Assembly: GCA_963836825.1 (NCBI GenBank)
Contig: CAWILI010000008.1
Location: forward strand, 80,235-144,234
Length of the DNA stretch: 64,000 nt
Direction: 5' to 3'
Source: an uncultured Actinomycetota bacterium
GTDB taxonomy: Bacteria > Actinomycetota > Actinomycetes > Actinomycetales > Microbacteriaceae
The notes under the pieces are model-generated. The model saw nothing but the letters and a program-made list of their open reading frames with translations. It ran no database searches and was not told the origin of the DNA. The position numbers and the translations under genes were made by a program. Shown piece by piece: positions 43,831-55,004 of the stretch; positions within the stretch are counted from its first letter, which is position 1; each line of letters opens with the position of its first letter.

Positions 43831-44788
43831 GCCCATCGCTTGACCGCCCAGCGCTCGAAGAGCCCGACGAGCGAGTCGGTGAGCTTGCCGAGCACCGCGA
43901 GCAGGATGATCGCGAGGAAGATGCGGTCGATGCGGCCGTTGTTGCCCGAGTCGACGAGCAGGAACCCGAGGCCCATCGAGCTCGCGATGAGCTCGGCGGC
44001 GACGAGGAACAGCCACGCCTGCGCGAGCGCGAGGCGCAGCGCCGAGATGACCGACGGCACGACCGCGGGCAGCTGCACCGTGGTGAACAGTGGCAGGCCG
44101 CGCAGCCCGAACGCGCGGCCCGCCTCGAGCAGCTGGTGATCGACGTGGCGCAGGGCCGCGGCGACGATCGTGTACACGGGGAAGAACGCGCCGATCGCGA
44201 TGAGGATGATCTTCGAGTCCTCGCCGATCTTGAACCAGAGGATCAGCAGCGGAACCCACGCGAGCGACGGCACCGCGCGGATCGCGCCGAGCGTCGGCGA
44301 GAGCAGGATGTCGCCGAGCTTCGAGAGTCCCGACGACCGCGCCGAAGGCGAGGCCGAACGCGGCGCCGATCGCGAAGCCGATGAAGACGCGCTGCGTCGA
44401 GATGGCGACGTACTGGCCGAGCAGGCCGCGCTGCGCGAGGTCGACCGCGGCGAGCCACACCATCTCGGGGCTCGGCAGCATCGACACGGGGACGAGCCCG
44501 CTCGTCGACACGAGCTGCCAGGTGATGAGCAGCACGGCCGGGATGAGCGCCCCGCCGACCACGCGGAACCAGCGGCGGTCGACGAGCCGGCGCCGGCCCG
44601 ACGTCGACGCGGGTCGTCGGCTCGCCGGCGGAGGGCCGGATGCCTCGCGCCGATCGACGCCCGACGGGCCGAGCGGACCGGCCACGGCGACGCCGAGCCC
44701 GTCCTTCGTCACGGGCGCGGCGAACTCGCGGTCGACCGACGGCCGTGCGGGCCGTCGAGTCCGTGGTCGCGGCATCCGTCTCGCTCAT
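43827..44788 (-). CDS. ssuC: Sulfonate/nitrate-type ABC permease (indels)
   Basis: PSLAWVPLLILWF, AFFPVY, LRLALAQAWLFLVAAELIASSMGLG. Confidence 0.82.
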
Positions 44789-44869
44789 TGCGCTGCGTCC
44801 TCTCCAGACCGCTCCGGGGGTCGTTTCCCGACAATCGCACCGCGATATTCGGCGTCGCGGTGTCGGTTC

Positions 44870-45925
44870 TCACCCCCGGAGCTGGTGCGGTGACTCGAAG
44901 CGGGCCGAGTCGGCCTGCGTGGCGAACGTGTCGTTGATGAGGCTCGCGAGCGCCTCGTCGACCTGCTGCTGGGTCGCGACGTCGCCGAGCTCGACGAAGA
45001 TCGGGCCGATCTTCTCGAGCACCGCGACCTGCGCGTCGCCGGGCACGTTGTCGACGTCGAGGTTGGTGCGCTCGTCGATGACCTTCGTCGCGACGGCGGT
45101 GTCGAGCCCGGCGACCTCGGCGAGGATCGCGGCGGTCTCCTCGGGGTTCTCGGTGGCCCACGCGCGAGCGGTCTCGTAGGCGTCGACGACGGCCTGCGCG
45201 ACCTCGGGCTTCTCGGCGATGAACGACTCGGTGGCGTTCAGGAAGCCGTAGCTGTTGAAGTCGACGTTGCGGTAGAACAGCGTCGCACCGGCCTCTTCGG
45301 CACCGGCCATGATCGGGTCGAGGCCCGACCACGCGTCGACCGACCCGTTCTGCAGGGCCGCCCAGCCGTCGGCGTGCTGCAGGTTCTGCACCGTGATGTC
45401 TTCGGGCGCGAGGCCCTCGGCCTCGAGCGACTGCAGCAGGAAGAAGTACGGGTCGGTGCCCTTGGTGACCGCGACCTGCTTGCCCTTCAGGTCGTCGACC
45501 GAGGCGATCGCCGAGCCGTCGGGGGCCACGAGCGCCGCCCACTCGGGCTGCGAGTAGATGTCGATGACCTGGATCGGCGAGCCGTTCGAACGGGCGAGCA
45601 GCGCGGCCGAGCCGGCGGTGGAGCCGACGTCGATCGCGCCGGCGCGCAGCGCCTCGTTGGCCTTGTTCGACCCGGCCGACTGCACCCAGGTGACCTCGAG
45701 GCCGGCCTCTTCGAGCCAGCCCTGGTCCTTGATGACGAGGCTCAGCGGGTTGTACGTGGCGAAGTCGATGTTGAGCGTCTGGCCCTCGAGCGAGACGGCC
45801 TCGCCCGACTCGGCGGGCTCGGGCTCGGAGGCCTGGCCCTCGCCGGCGACGCAGCCCGAGAGCAGCAGCGCGGCGGCGGCGGCACCCGCGACGAGCGCGG
45901 ATCGGAGGAACGGGGTACGGGACAT
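44870..45925 (-). CDS. ssuA: Aliphatic sulfonate ABC substrate-binding lipoprotein
   Basis: LSGC lipobox; DFATYNPLSL, SAGSNKANE, DLKGKQVAVTKGTDPYFFL and VDAWSGLDP. Confidence 0.85.
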   Translation of the reverse strand: MSRTPFLRSALVAGAAAAALLLSGCVAGEGQASEPEPAESGEAVSLEGQTLNIDFATYNPLSLVIKDQGWLEEAGLEVTWVQSAGSNKANEALRAGAIDVGSTAGSAALLARSNGSPIQVIDIYSQPEWAALVAPDGSAIASVDDLKGKQVAVTKGTDPYFFLLQSLEAEGLAPEDITVQNLQHADGWAALQNGSVDAWSGLDPIMAGAEEAGATLFYRNVDFNSYGFLNATESFIAEKPEVAQAVVDAYETARAWATENPEETAAILAEVAGLDTAVATKVIDERTNLDVDNVPGDAQVAVLEKIGPIFVELGDVATQQQVDEALASLINDTFATQADSARFESPHQLRG

Positions 45926-45974
45926 TGGTGACTCCTTCTGGGTTGCGGTACGGCGCGGGTGCTGTGGGGCGCCG

Positions 45975-46861
45975 TCAGTACGGGTAGTGCGGGATGGTCG
46001 TCGTGGTCGGCACGCCGCGGGCGGACCCGTGCCGGTCGATGCCGAGCCCGTCGAGCAGGCGCCCGCGGAGCTCGGCGAGTTCGGCTGAGCCGCGGTCGCG
46101 CGGGCGGGTGCCCGGCACGACGACGGTCTGCTGGATGCGAGCGCCGGGCCGGTCGTCGTCGTTTCCGAGCAGGATGACCCGGTCGGCGAGCTGCAGCGCC
46201 TCGTCGACGTCATGCGTGACGAGCAGCACGGTGGTGGGCTCGGCCGAGTGCACGTCGAGCAGCAGGTCCTGCATCTTCAGCCGGGTCAGGGCGTCGAGCG
46301 CGCCGAACGGCTCGTCGAGCAGCAGCACCGCGGGGTTGCGGGCGAGCGCGCGGGCCAGCGAGGTGCGCTGCGCCATGCCGCCCGAGACCTCGCGCGGCCG
46401 GTGCTCGGCGAAGTCGGCGAGCCCGACGAGCTCGAGCAGGCGCGGCGACGTGCGCGCGACCGGCGTCGCGGGCCGTGCCGCGCGGCAGGCCGAGGGCGAT
46501 GTTGCCGGCGATCGTGCGCCAGGGCAGCAGCCGCGGCTCCTGGAACCCGACCGCCGAGCGGGCGTCGAAGGGTGCGACCACGCTGCCGTCGATCGCGACG
46601 ACACCGTCGGAGGGCCGGTCGAGGCCGCCCGCGATGCGCAGCAGCGTCGACTTGCCGCAGCCGCTCGGCCCGAGGATCGCGACGATCTCGCCGGCGGCGA
46701 CCTCGAGGTCGATGTCGCGCAGCACGGGCCGTGCCGCGTCGCCCGTGCCGAACGTGCGCCCGACGCCGTGGAACGAGATCGGCGCCGCCGACACCACGTC
46801 GCCCGCGGCGCGCGCAACCGACCGGGGCGGTCGGTTCACTGCGTGCGGATGTCGTGGCCAT
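45975..46861 (-). CDS. ssuB: Sulfonate/nitrate-type ABC ATP-binding protein (indels)
   Basis: GPSGCGKS Walker A, FQEPRLLPW, VSGGMAQR, LLLDEPFGALD and VTHDVDEA; GAGGAG RBS before ATG 46861. Confidence 0.85.
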
Positions 46862-47010
46862 CACTGCTCCTCGCGGACGGGACTGGGGAATGTCCCGAAA
46901 CTAACCGAGGTGCTGCGCGGCGGTAAGCGGCGACGACCCGCGACGTAACAGTGGCGACGGCGAGGTGATGCGACTCCCGGCAACGCCGAGCCGCGTGGAC
47001 GACCGGAGGG

Positions 47011-47499
47011 TCAGACGTCCTTGAACATGTGCAGCGAGGTCGTGAGGTACCCGAGGCTCTCGTAGAGCCTGATCGCCGGCACGTTGTTGGCGAACACGTT
47101 GAGCCCGAGCGACGCGGCACCGTGCTCATGGGCGATGCGCTCGGCCTCGAGCATCGTCGCGCGGCCGATTCCGCGGCGCTGGAAGGCGTCGTGCACGCGG
47201 ATGTCCCACACCCACCACGGGTCGCCGTCACCGCCGTCGCCGTCGGTGTCCTTCCAGGGGCCGATCCACAGCCAGCCCGCGTCGTCGCCGTCGGCGAGCA
47301 CCGTGAAGACGAGCTGGCCCGCGGCGGGCCGCCGGTCGGGGAAGAACCGCGCCTCGGACTCCTTGCGCGCCGCGGCCGCCTGCTCGGGGGTGTCGCCCGC
47401 CGCGATGCGGGCCTTCTCGTACTCGGCCATCGACTCGACGAGCCAGCGCTCGAGCTGCGCGTCGTTCTTCGGCACCAATCGGATGTCGGCGTTCGGCAT
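47011..47499 (-). CDS. GNAT family N-acetyltransferase
   Basis: FQRRGIGRATM and LGLNVFANNVPAIRLYESLGY. Confidence 0.9.
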   Translation of the reverse strand: MPNADIRLVPKNDAQLERWLVESMAEYEKARIAAGDTPEQAAAARKESEARFFPDRRPAAGQLVFTVLADGDDAGWLWIGPWKDTDGDGGDGDPWWVWDIRVHDAFQRRGIGRATMLEAERIAHEHGAASLGLNVFANNVPAIRLYESLGYLTTSLHMFKDV

Positions 47500-47570
47500 G
47501 CGCCCATGCTCGCATACGGGGCATCCGCATCGTCGAGCCGAACGGGTTCGCAGACGGATGCCCCGCTGAA

Positions 47571-48251
47571 CTACGCGATGGTCGGCCGTCGGAGCAGCGA
47601 GACGGCGTAGGCGGTGATCCACCCGAAGCCGAGCGCAACGGCCAGGAAGAGACGCACGCTGAAGCCGGGACCCACCGGAACCGAGAGCGCGAAGCACACG
47701 ACCGCCGCGACTCGAGTCCACACCGCGGCGCCGCGCCGGCCCTCCCATGCGAGCCGGTGCGCGACCACGAACATCCCGATGACGAGGGCGGTGAACGCGA
47801 GCGGCGGGGCGATCGCGTGCACCATCGCATGGAGGCTCATCGTCTCGGGAATGCCCTCGGGCGCGCCGGCCGGGAAGCCGAGCGCCGGATCCGCGGTGAA
47901 GGCACCGCCGATCATGAGCCCGATGCCGAAGACGCCGAAGAGCCACGGTGCCCACCGGCGCGACGGCCCGCCGCGCAACGCGCGCGCCGCGCCGACGGCG
48001 AAGCCGAGCATGAGCACCCCGGCGAGGATGAAGTTCGTGATCTGCACCCAGCCGGCATCGCCGAGCGAGAGCAGGCTGATCGGTTGCCGCGTGAGGTCGA
48101 ATCCGTCACGGCTCACCGACTGCACGCCCGCGGTGAGCACGAAGACGGGTCCGGCGATCGCGCCGGCGGTCACGAGGGCCCGGGCGGCGCGGTCGTCGGC
48201 GTGGGCGATCCGGCGCGAGGCATCCGTCGCCGTGTGCGTTGTGGTGGTCAT
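47571..48251 (-). CDS. DUF998 membrane protein
   Basis: RDGFDLTRQPISLLSLGDAGWVQITNF, FTADPALGFPAGAP and HAMVH; several TM helices. Confidence 0.82.
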   Translation of the reverse strand: MTTTTHTATDASRRIAHADDRAARALVTAGAIAGPVFVLTAGVQSVSRDGFDLTRQPISLLSLGDAGWVQITNFILAGVLMLGFAVGAARALRGGPSRRWAPWLFGVFGIGLMIGGAFTADPALGFPAGAPEGIPETMSLHAMVHAIAPPLAFTALVIGMFVVAHRLAWEGRRGAAVWTRVAAVVCFALSVPVGPGFSVRLFLAVALGFGWITAYAVSLLRRPTIA

Positions 48252-48292
48252 CGTCGTGTCCTTCCTTCGGTGCGACCGTCGAACTCGGTCGC

Positions 48293-48393
48293 TCACCAGG
48301 TCGTCGCGGTGGGGCATCCGTTCTCGACATCTCGCGAAGAATTTCTCGGCGACCGATGTCGAGAACCGGCGAGAGCCGCCGACGCTATCGTGA
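48293..48393. promoter_or_regulatory. Two back-to-back ECF42-type promoters
   Basis: Both strands read GATGTCGAGAAC..: TGTCGA-N17-CGAC-N6-GTGA (+ strand -35 at 48357-48362; - strand -35 at 48324-48329). Confidence 0.75.
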
Positions 48394-48433
48394 AGGCGAG
48401 CCGACTGAGCACGCCTCATCGAGGAGGGATCCC

Positions 48434-48787
48434 ATGCGATACATGTGCCTGATCAAGTCCAGCGAGTCGAACGGCGAGGCCCCGCCCGCGGTCTACGAGG
48501 CGATGGCCGAGTACGACCGATGGGGCCGGGCGAACGGCGTGCTCATCGACAGCGAAGGTCTGCTGCCGAGCGCGGCCGGTGCGATCGTCTCGCTCGTCGA
48601 CGGGAACATCAAGGCCGTCGACGGGCCGTTCACCGAGGCGAAGGAGCTCGTCGGCGGCTATGCCGTCATCGAGGTCCGCTCGCGCGAGGAGGCACTCGAA
48701 CTCGGGCGGCGGCTCATGCAGATCCACAAGGATCACTGGCCCGAGTGGGAGGGCAGCGTCGAGATCCGCCAGATCGCGGAGTTCTAG
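48434..48787 (+). CDS. YciI/DGPF family protein
   Basis: MRYMCLI.., GLLPS and VDGPFTEAKELVGGYAVI. Confidence 0.92.
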   Translation: MRYMCLIKSSESNGEAPPAVYEAMAEYDRWGRANGVLIDSEGLLPSAAGAIVSLVDGNIKAVDGPFTEAKELVGGYAVIEVRSREEALELGRRLMQIHKDHWPEWEGSVEIRQIAEF

Positions 48788-48838
48788 CTCCTCCGACCCG
48801 CTTGCGTCGTCGGCGGCGCGTGTGGTCGGATCGCTTCC

Positions 48839-50126
48839 GTGGGAGACGAGACCACACGCGCCGCGATCGAGGCGGTCTGGCGACTGGAGTCGACGCGGCT
48901 CATCGCCGCACTCGTGCGCATCGTGCGCGACGTCGCGCTCGCCGAAGACGTCGCGCAGGACGCGGTCGTCGCCGCACTCGCGCAGTGGCCCGCCTCGGGG
49001 ATCCCCGAGAATCCGGGTGCCTGGCTGATGACCACCGCGAAGCGCCGCGCGATCGACGCGTTCCGCGAGCGCGCCAAGCACGACCGGGCCGCCGCGATGA
49101 TCGCCCACGACCTGGCCGAGACCGTCGACGACGACCCCGGTGCGGGCATCGACCACGTCGAGGACGACGTGCTGCGGCTCATGTTCATCTGCTGCCACCC
49201 CGCGCTCACCACCGAAGCGCAGAGCACCCTCACCCTCAAGCTCGTCGCCGGACTCTCGACGCGTGAGATCGCGCGGGCCCACCTGGCACCCGAGGCCACG
49301 ATCGCGCAGCGCATCTCGCGGGCCAAGCGCACCCTGACCGAGGCCGGCGCTGCGATCGAGGAGCCGAGCGGCGCCGAGCGCGCCGAGCGCCTGACGACGG
49401 TGCTCGGCGTCGTCTACCTGCTCTTCAACGAGGGCTATTCCGCAACCGAGGGCGCCGACTGGATGCGACCGCAGCTCTGCGACGAGGCGGTGCGGCTCGG
49501 CCGCATCCTCACGGCGCTCGTGCCCGACGACGCCGAGGTGCACGGGCTCTCGGCGCTCATGGAGCTGCAGTCCTCGAGGCTCGCCGCACGCGCCGGGGCC
49601 GACGGTGAGCCGATCCTCCTCGACGACCAGGACCGCGGGCGGTGGGATGCCTCGCGCATCGGCCGTGGGCTCGAAGCCCTCGCCCGAGCTGACGCGCTCG
49701 TGGCCGCGTCGGGCTCCGACGCCGCGCGCGGCCCGTATGTGCTGCAAGCCGCCATCGCCGCCGAGCACGCGCGTGCGGCATCCGTCGACGACACCGACTG
49801 GCCGACGTGTCGCCGACCTGTACGAGCAACTGGCGCGCCTCACGGGGTCGCCCGTGGTCGAGGTGAATCGCGCTGTCGCGCTCGGCCGGGCCTACGGGCC
49901 CGCGGCAGGGCTCGAGCTGCTCGAACAACTCGCCGGATTGGAATCGCTCCGCGGCTATCACCTCGTGCCGGCCGTTCGCGGCGACCTGTACCTTCGGCTC
50001 GGCCGGAACGAGGAGGCCGCGATCGAGTTCGAACGCGCCGCCGGGATGACCTCGAACGAGCGGGAAGTGGGCCTGCTGAACCGGCGGGCCGCCACCGCCC
50101 GATCAGGCGGCGTTGCGCGCGGGTGA
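48839..50126 (+). CDS. ECF sigma factor with TPR-like C-terminal extension (ECF42 group; indel near 49805)
   Basis: LAEDVAQDA..WP..P.NPGAWL, DDVLRLMFICCHPAL, IAQRISRAK, YLLFNEGY, GPYVLQAAIA and SPVVEVNRAVA; follows a DGPF gene. Confidence 0.9.
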
Positions 50127-50182
50127 GCTGCGGCCGCAGCGTGCATGCGGATCGTGGATGCCGCGTGCGCGAAGATGGAGGG

Positions 50183-51022
50183 ATGACGAGAACGGTGCGC
50201 GGCGCGAGAGTGCTCATCACGGGGGCTGCCGGCGGCATGGGGCGCATGTACGCCGAACGCGCGGTGGCCGAGCACGCGGCATCCGTCACGCTCTGGGATC
50301 GCGACACGACCGCGCTCGCGCGCACCGCCGACGCGCTCGGGGCGATCTCGCAGGGGCGCACCCGCATCTCGTCGTACGTCGTCGACGTGAGCGACCTCGG
50401 CGCCATCGCCAAGACCGCGCAGAAGGTGCGCAAAGACCTGGGCAATCCCGACGTGCTCATCAACAACGCCGGCATCGTGCGCGGCAACCGGTACTTCTGG
50501 TCGACCGACAACGGCGACGACACCCGCCCCACGATGCAGGTCAACGCCCTCGCGCCGATGTACATCACCCGCGAGTTCCTGCCCGGCATGATCGCGAACG
50601 CCTACCGCGAGGCGCGCATCGTGAACATCGCCTCGGCGGCCGGCACGCTCGCCAACCCGCGCATGGCGGTCTACGCCGCGTCGAAGGCCGCGCTCATCGG
50701 CTGGAGCGACTCGCTGCGCCTCGAGCTCGAGCAGGCCGACCACGGCAACGTGAAGGTCACGACCGTGACCCCCAGCTACATCTCCACCGGCATGTTCGCG
50801 GGTGCGCGCGGGCCGGTGCTCGCGCCGATCCTCGAGCCCGAGTACGTCGTCGACAAGGTGTGGCGGGCGATGCTCGCCGGGCGGCCGCTCGTGCAGCTGC
50901 CGTGGAGCGTCGGGCTCTCGCGCGCGCTGCGCGGCCTGCTGCCGACCCGGGTGTTCGACCGCATCGTCGGCGACGGGTTCGGCGTCTACCGCACGATGGA
51001 GCGGTTCACCGGCCGAGGCTGA
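50183..51022 (+). CDS. SDR family oxidoreductase
   Basis: LITGAAGGMG, LINNAG, VNIASAAG and YAASK. Confidence 0.9.
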   Translation: MTRTVRGARVLITGAAGGMGRMYAERAVAEHAASVTLWDRDTTALARTADALGAISQGRTRISSYVVDVSDLGAIAKTAQKVRKDLGNPDVLINNAGIVRGNRYFWSTDNGDDTRPTMQVNALAPMYITREFLPGMIANAYREARIVNIASAAGTLANPRMAVYAASKAALIGWSDSLRLELEQADHGNVKVTTVTPSYISTGMFAGARGPVLAPILEPEYVVDKVWRAMLAGRPLVQLPWSVGLSRALRGLLPTRVFDRIVGDGFGVYRTMERFTGRG

Positions 51023-51032
51023 CGCGTCTGCG

Positions 51033-51852
51033 TCAGAGCCCGCGCTCGCCGAGCCAGTCGCGCAGCGCCTGCAGGAACTGCTGCGGGTCGTTCGACGCTC
51101 GGCAGGTGCGCCGCGTCGGGGAAGCGGAATCCCGTCACGTCGGGCAGGTGCTCGACCAGGTGGTCGTACTGCGCGAGCACCTCGCTCAGGTCGTGGTCGC
51201 CGACCATGACGAGCGCCGGCGAACGGATGTCGCGCAGCCGGCCGAAGGCCGGCGGTTCGAGCGGGAGCATCGTGCCGTCGTCGGCGGCGTGCGCGATGTT
51301 CGGCGAGTTCAGCTCGTGTGCACGTCGCACGAATCGCGGGTCGAGCTCCGACTCGGATCGCGACGGACCGACCGCCCAGAGCACCGTCTCGAGGCGAACG
51401 AGCCGAGCGGCCTCGACCGTCGGGTCGATCGCGTCGATCTCGTCGACGAGTCGCTGCTCGGCGTCGGTGAGGGGCACATCGGGATGGCCGCTCGGGCCCG
51501 ACCCGACCGTGACGACCCCGGCCACCCGGTCGGGAGCATCGAGTGCGACGTCGAGCGCGATGGTGCCGCCACGGCTCGCGCCCACCACCGTCGCGCGAGC
51601 GACGCCGAGGTGGTCGAGCACCGCGATCGCGTCGCGGCGGTTCGCGAACGGCACCGCGGGGTCGTGGCTGGTGGCGCCGAACCCGCGCGGGTCGTAGGTC
51701 ACCACGAAGTGGTCACGCGCGAGATCGGCGACCTGCTCGTCCCACATGCGCAGCGTCGCGATGCCCGCCGGAATGAGCAGCAGCGCGGGTGCCGACGCCT
51801 GCCCGCTCGACTCGTAGTACAGATCGGCACCCGGGGTCGTGAGGCGTGGCAT
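51033..51852 (-). CDS. Alpha/beta fold hydrolase (indel near 51085)
   Basis: YDPRGFG, GASRGG nucleophile elbow, VGDHD and AAHLPSVE. Confidence 0.88.
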
Positions 51853-51880
51853 CCCTCGAGAATACGCAGTCCGGAGCGCG

Positions 51881-53927
51881 TCACCCCGCCTCGACGGTGG
51901 AGACGACGGCGAAGCCGCCCGACGGAATCCGGACCGTCGCCGACCCGCTGACCTCGACTTCGGTGAGCAGGCTCCCGTCGGGGCCGTAGATCCGCGCGAT
52001 CGCGCTGCGCCCGTCGAAGCCGACGGCCACGCGCTGCGGCGACTGCGCCGACGAGTGCACGAGCTCGGTCGCGCCGCCATCGCCCGCGAGTTCGAGGCGC
52101 GAGACGACCGGGCGCACGATGAGCGCATCGAGCGTGAGGTCGTCCTTCACGACCCGCGCTGTCAGCTGCGACTCCGACGCGTCGACGTCGACCTGGAGAT
52201 CGCGCGGCAGCAGCACGCCCGGCACCGGGCTGATGCCCTGCGGCTCGCCCCGGCCGTCGAGCGACCCGGCGCCCGTGCCGTCGCTGCGCCAGATCGACCG
52301 GCCCGAGCCGTCCTCTGGGATCCACGCCACCGGCTCGACCGAGCGGTCGACCGTGTCGGTGCCGAGGTTCCACGTCGCGGTCTCGCCGCGGTCGAGCACG
52401 AGGGTCGAACCGGAGTACAGCGACTCCTCCGTCCAGGCGGAGGCCGGTATCGACGACCGCGCCGGTCGTCGAAACGGCGGCCTCGGCCTCGACCGTGGTG
52501 AGGCCGTGCCGGCGACACGATGTCGGTCACGGAGGTCGCGCGCTCGGCCAGTGCGGGTCGGGCGTCGAGCGCCAGCATGGTCAGCAGGCCGTGGATGGTG
52601 CTCTCGGCGCCGCTGTTGCGGTTGATCGATCCGTCGGGCTGGATGCCGTCGAACGTCACGCCCGTGGCGGGGTCGTACATCGCCTCGCCCGCCCGGTTGG
52701 CGCCGAAGAACCACGCGGCCTGGATGGCTGCGAGCTCGGCGAATCCGGTCGATCCCGAGCGTCGGCGACGGCGAGCAGCGACTGCACGCGCGAGTCGGCG
52801 CCGTACGCGATCTGCACCCGGTCGGCCGGGGTCGGGAACCATCCGTTGTCGGGACCGCCGGCCGTGAGGAGCGTCGGCGTGAACGACGACGAATCGAGCA
52901 CCGCGGGTTCGAGCAGCGACCCGTCGCCGAGCACCTCGGATGCCACGGCGAGCGCCGCCGGCATCTGCGAACCCCAGGCGTGCCACATCGACCGCGACTT
53001 CGCCCACGGCAGGACCGCGCCGTACGGCCAGGAGTCCACGTCGCCGGCCGACATCAGCGCGATCCCCTCGGCGAGCTTGCGCGAGCGACTCCGCGGCCGC
53101 CGCGTCATCGGGAGCCGCCTCGCGTGTAGGCCGCGAAGCCCGAGCACCGCCTCGGCGCTCGCATCCGCGCCGTCGACGATCAGCCAGAGCGGCACCCGCA
53201 TGCCGTCGGACGTCCCGAACTCGCCGTACCGCGTCAGCACCTGCCGGTCGACCGCGGCGCGGGCGAGCGACATCCGCTCGCCGAGGAAGGCCGTGAACGC
53301 CGGGTCGGTGCCGTCGGCGGCGAAGGCCGCGTAGCCCTCACCGAACGCCCAGAGCGCGCGGGCGAGCCAGTAGCTCGGGCCCGAGTCCGACGGGTCGGGC
53401 AGCTCGACGATCACGGGGCTCGGGTTGAGCTCGCCGTCGGGCTGCATCCACAGCACCACGTTGCCCGCGTTCGGGCCGTCGGCGGTCTGGAAGTAGGCCA
53501 GCGAGCGCAGGAGCTCGTAGGCGGTCTGCGACTGGTCGCGTCATCCGTCAGCTGCCAGTGCCGCAGGTAGACGACCGCCGCGCGCGCGATGTCGTCGGCG
53601 TTGTACGCGCCCTGCTTCCAGTGTCCGGTGACCGGATCGACCGGACTGCCACCGCCGACCCGCTCGAACGTGCCGCCGGGTCGCGCATCGGCGTAGGTCC
53701 ACGGCATGCACAGGTCGGGCTCCTCGGCGAGCCGGTAGGTCGTGTGCCCCGGCACCTCCGCCGGTGACGCCGTGTCCATGAGGAAGTCGAGGTGCGCGAG
53801 GTTCGTGAGCGGCGGTGATGCCGCCAGCGCGCCCGGCTCGGCGGCGACGGCCGGTGCCACCCCGCCGATCGATCCCACGGCGAGCGGCGAACGCCGCCGC
53901 CCATGCCGTCAGACGTGTCCTGGTCAT
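51881..53927 (-). CDS. Secreted hypothetical protein, putative (alpha/alpha)6 glycoside-processing enzyme (several indels)
   Basis: Signal-like N-terminus; GAYNADDIARAA, YWLARALWAFG, WHAWG, QIAYG, WFFGAN..YDP.TG.TFDG..NRNSGAEST; last gene of a sugar operon. Confidence 0.7.
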
Positions 53928-55001
53928 CCCGCTCCTCCTCCGGTGCGGTCGAGGCGTGCGGCCCCGATCTTCGAGTCGGCCATTCCATAGAAGACGTAGT
54001 GCGTGCCGTCGATCTGCTCGATCGCCGTCGGGAAGACGACGTTCGGCACGATGCCGCTGCGCTCCTCCTCGGTCTCGGGAGCGAGCAGCGGCTCGGCGGT
54101 GCGCGCCAGCACCGTGCTCGGGTCGTCGGCGTCGAGGATCATCGCGCCGGCCGCGTAGTTCACGTGCTGCTGCTGGGCGAACGCGCTCTCGAGCACGCCG
54201 GTCACGCCGTGGTGCAGCAGCAGCCAGCCCTCGGGCACCCGCAGCGGCGGCGGACCGCCGCCGATCTTCAACTCCTCGAAGGCGAACTCGGGACCGGCGA
54301 CGAATCGGTGCTGGCGCCAGAGCGTGATCGCCGAGACGTCGTCGAGCGACTGCATCGAGCGGGCACGTAGCTGATCCAGATCGACTGGCGCGTGTCGGTG
54401 ACGCCCGCCGGGACGCGAACGCCCTGCCCGGGCTTCGTCTCGCCGAGGTCCCACATGGGGCGGTGCAGCACCGCGAGGCTCGGGGTGCCGTCGGGCGCGT
54501 CACCGGCTCGGGGAAGAACGTCGTGTCCTTGTTGTGGAAGAGGTTGAGGTCCATGTCGAGCGCGTCGTCGTAGGCGAACAGCGCCGGCCCGAGCCGCCGC
54601 CATTCCCGGAGGTCGCGCGAGACCGCGATCGCGGTGCGCGGGCCGAGCGGCCCGTACGCGACGTAGGTCATCACGTGCAGCCCGAGCACCTCGATCCACG
54701 TGGTGCGCGGGTCCTCGACGCCGGCATTGCCGACACCGCGCTCCCAGCCGCGGTCGGGCTCGAGCACGACGCCCTCGCGCTCCACGCCGACCGGCACGCC
54801 GTCGTCGACGACGACGCGCGCGAGGCCGACGCGCGAGACGTTGCCCTCGGCGACGAGCCGGGGCAGCAGGTAGAGCGTCCCGTCAGGCGCGCGGCCCGAG
54901 CCGGGATTCAGCACCCCCTCGGCCTCCATCGGGTCGCCGGGCGTCGGCGTCATGACGACGCCGACCCGCGTCAGCGAATAGGGCACGGTCGTGGCATCCA
55001 T
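53924..55001 (-). CDS. GH130-like glycosidase/mannoside phosphorylase (indels)
   Basis: GVLNP, GVEDPR, MTYVAY, NKD..FFPE, LHRP, KIGGGPPP..EGWLLLHHGV, VPNVVFPT and YGMADSKIG. Confidence 0.88.
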
Positions 55002-55004
55002 TGG

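Noticed and set aside
48839-51022. Apparent ECF sigma-SDR fusion (727 aa)
   Set aside because: An indel near 49805 causes it; the sigma C-terminus continues in another frame to 50126 and the SDR has its own GGAGG RBS and ATG at 50183
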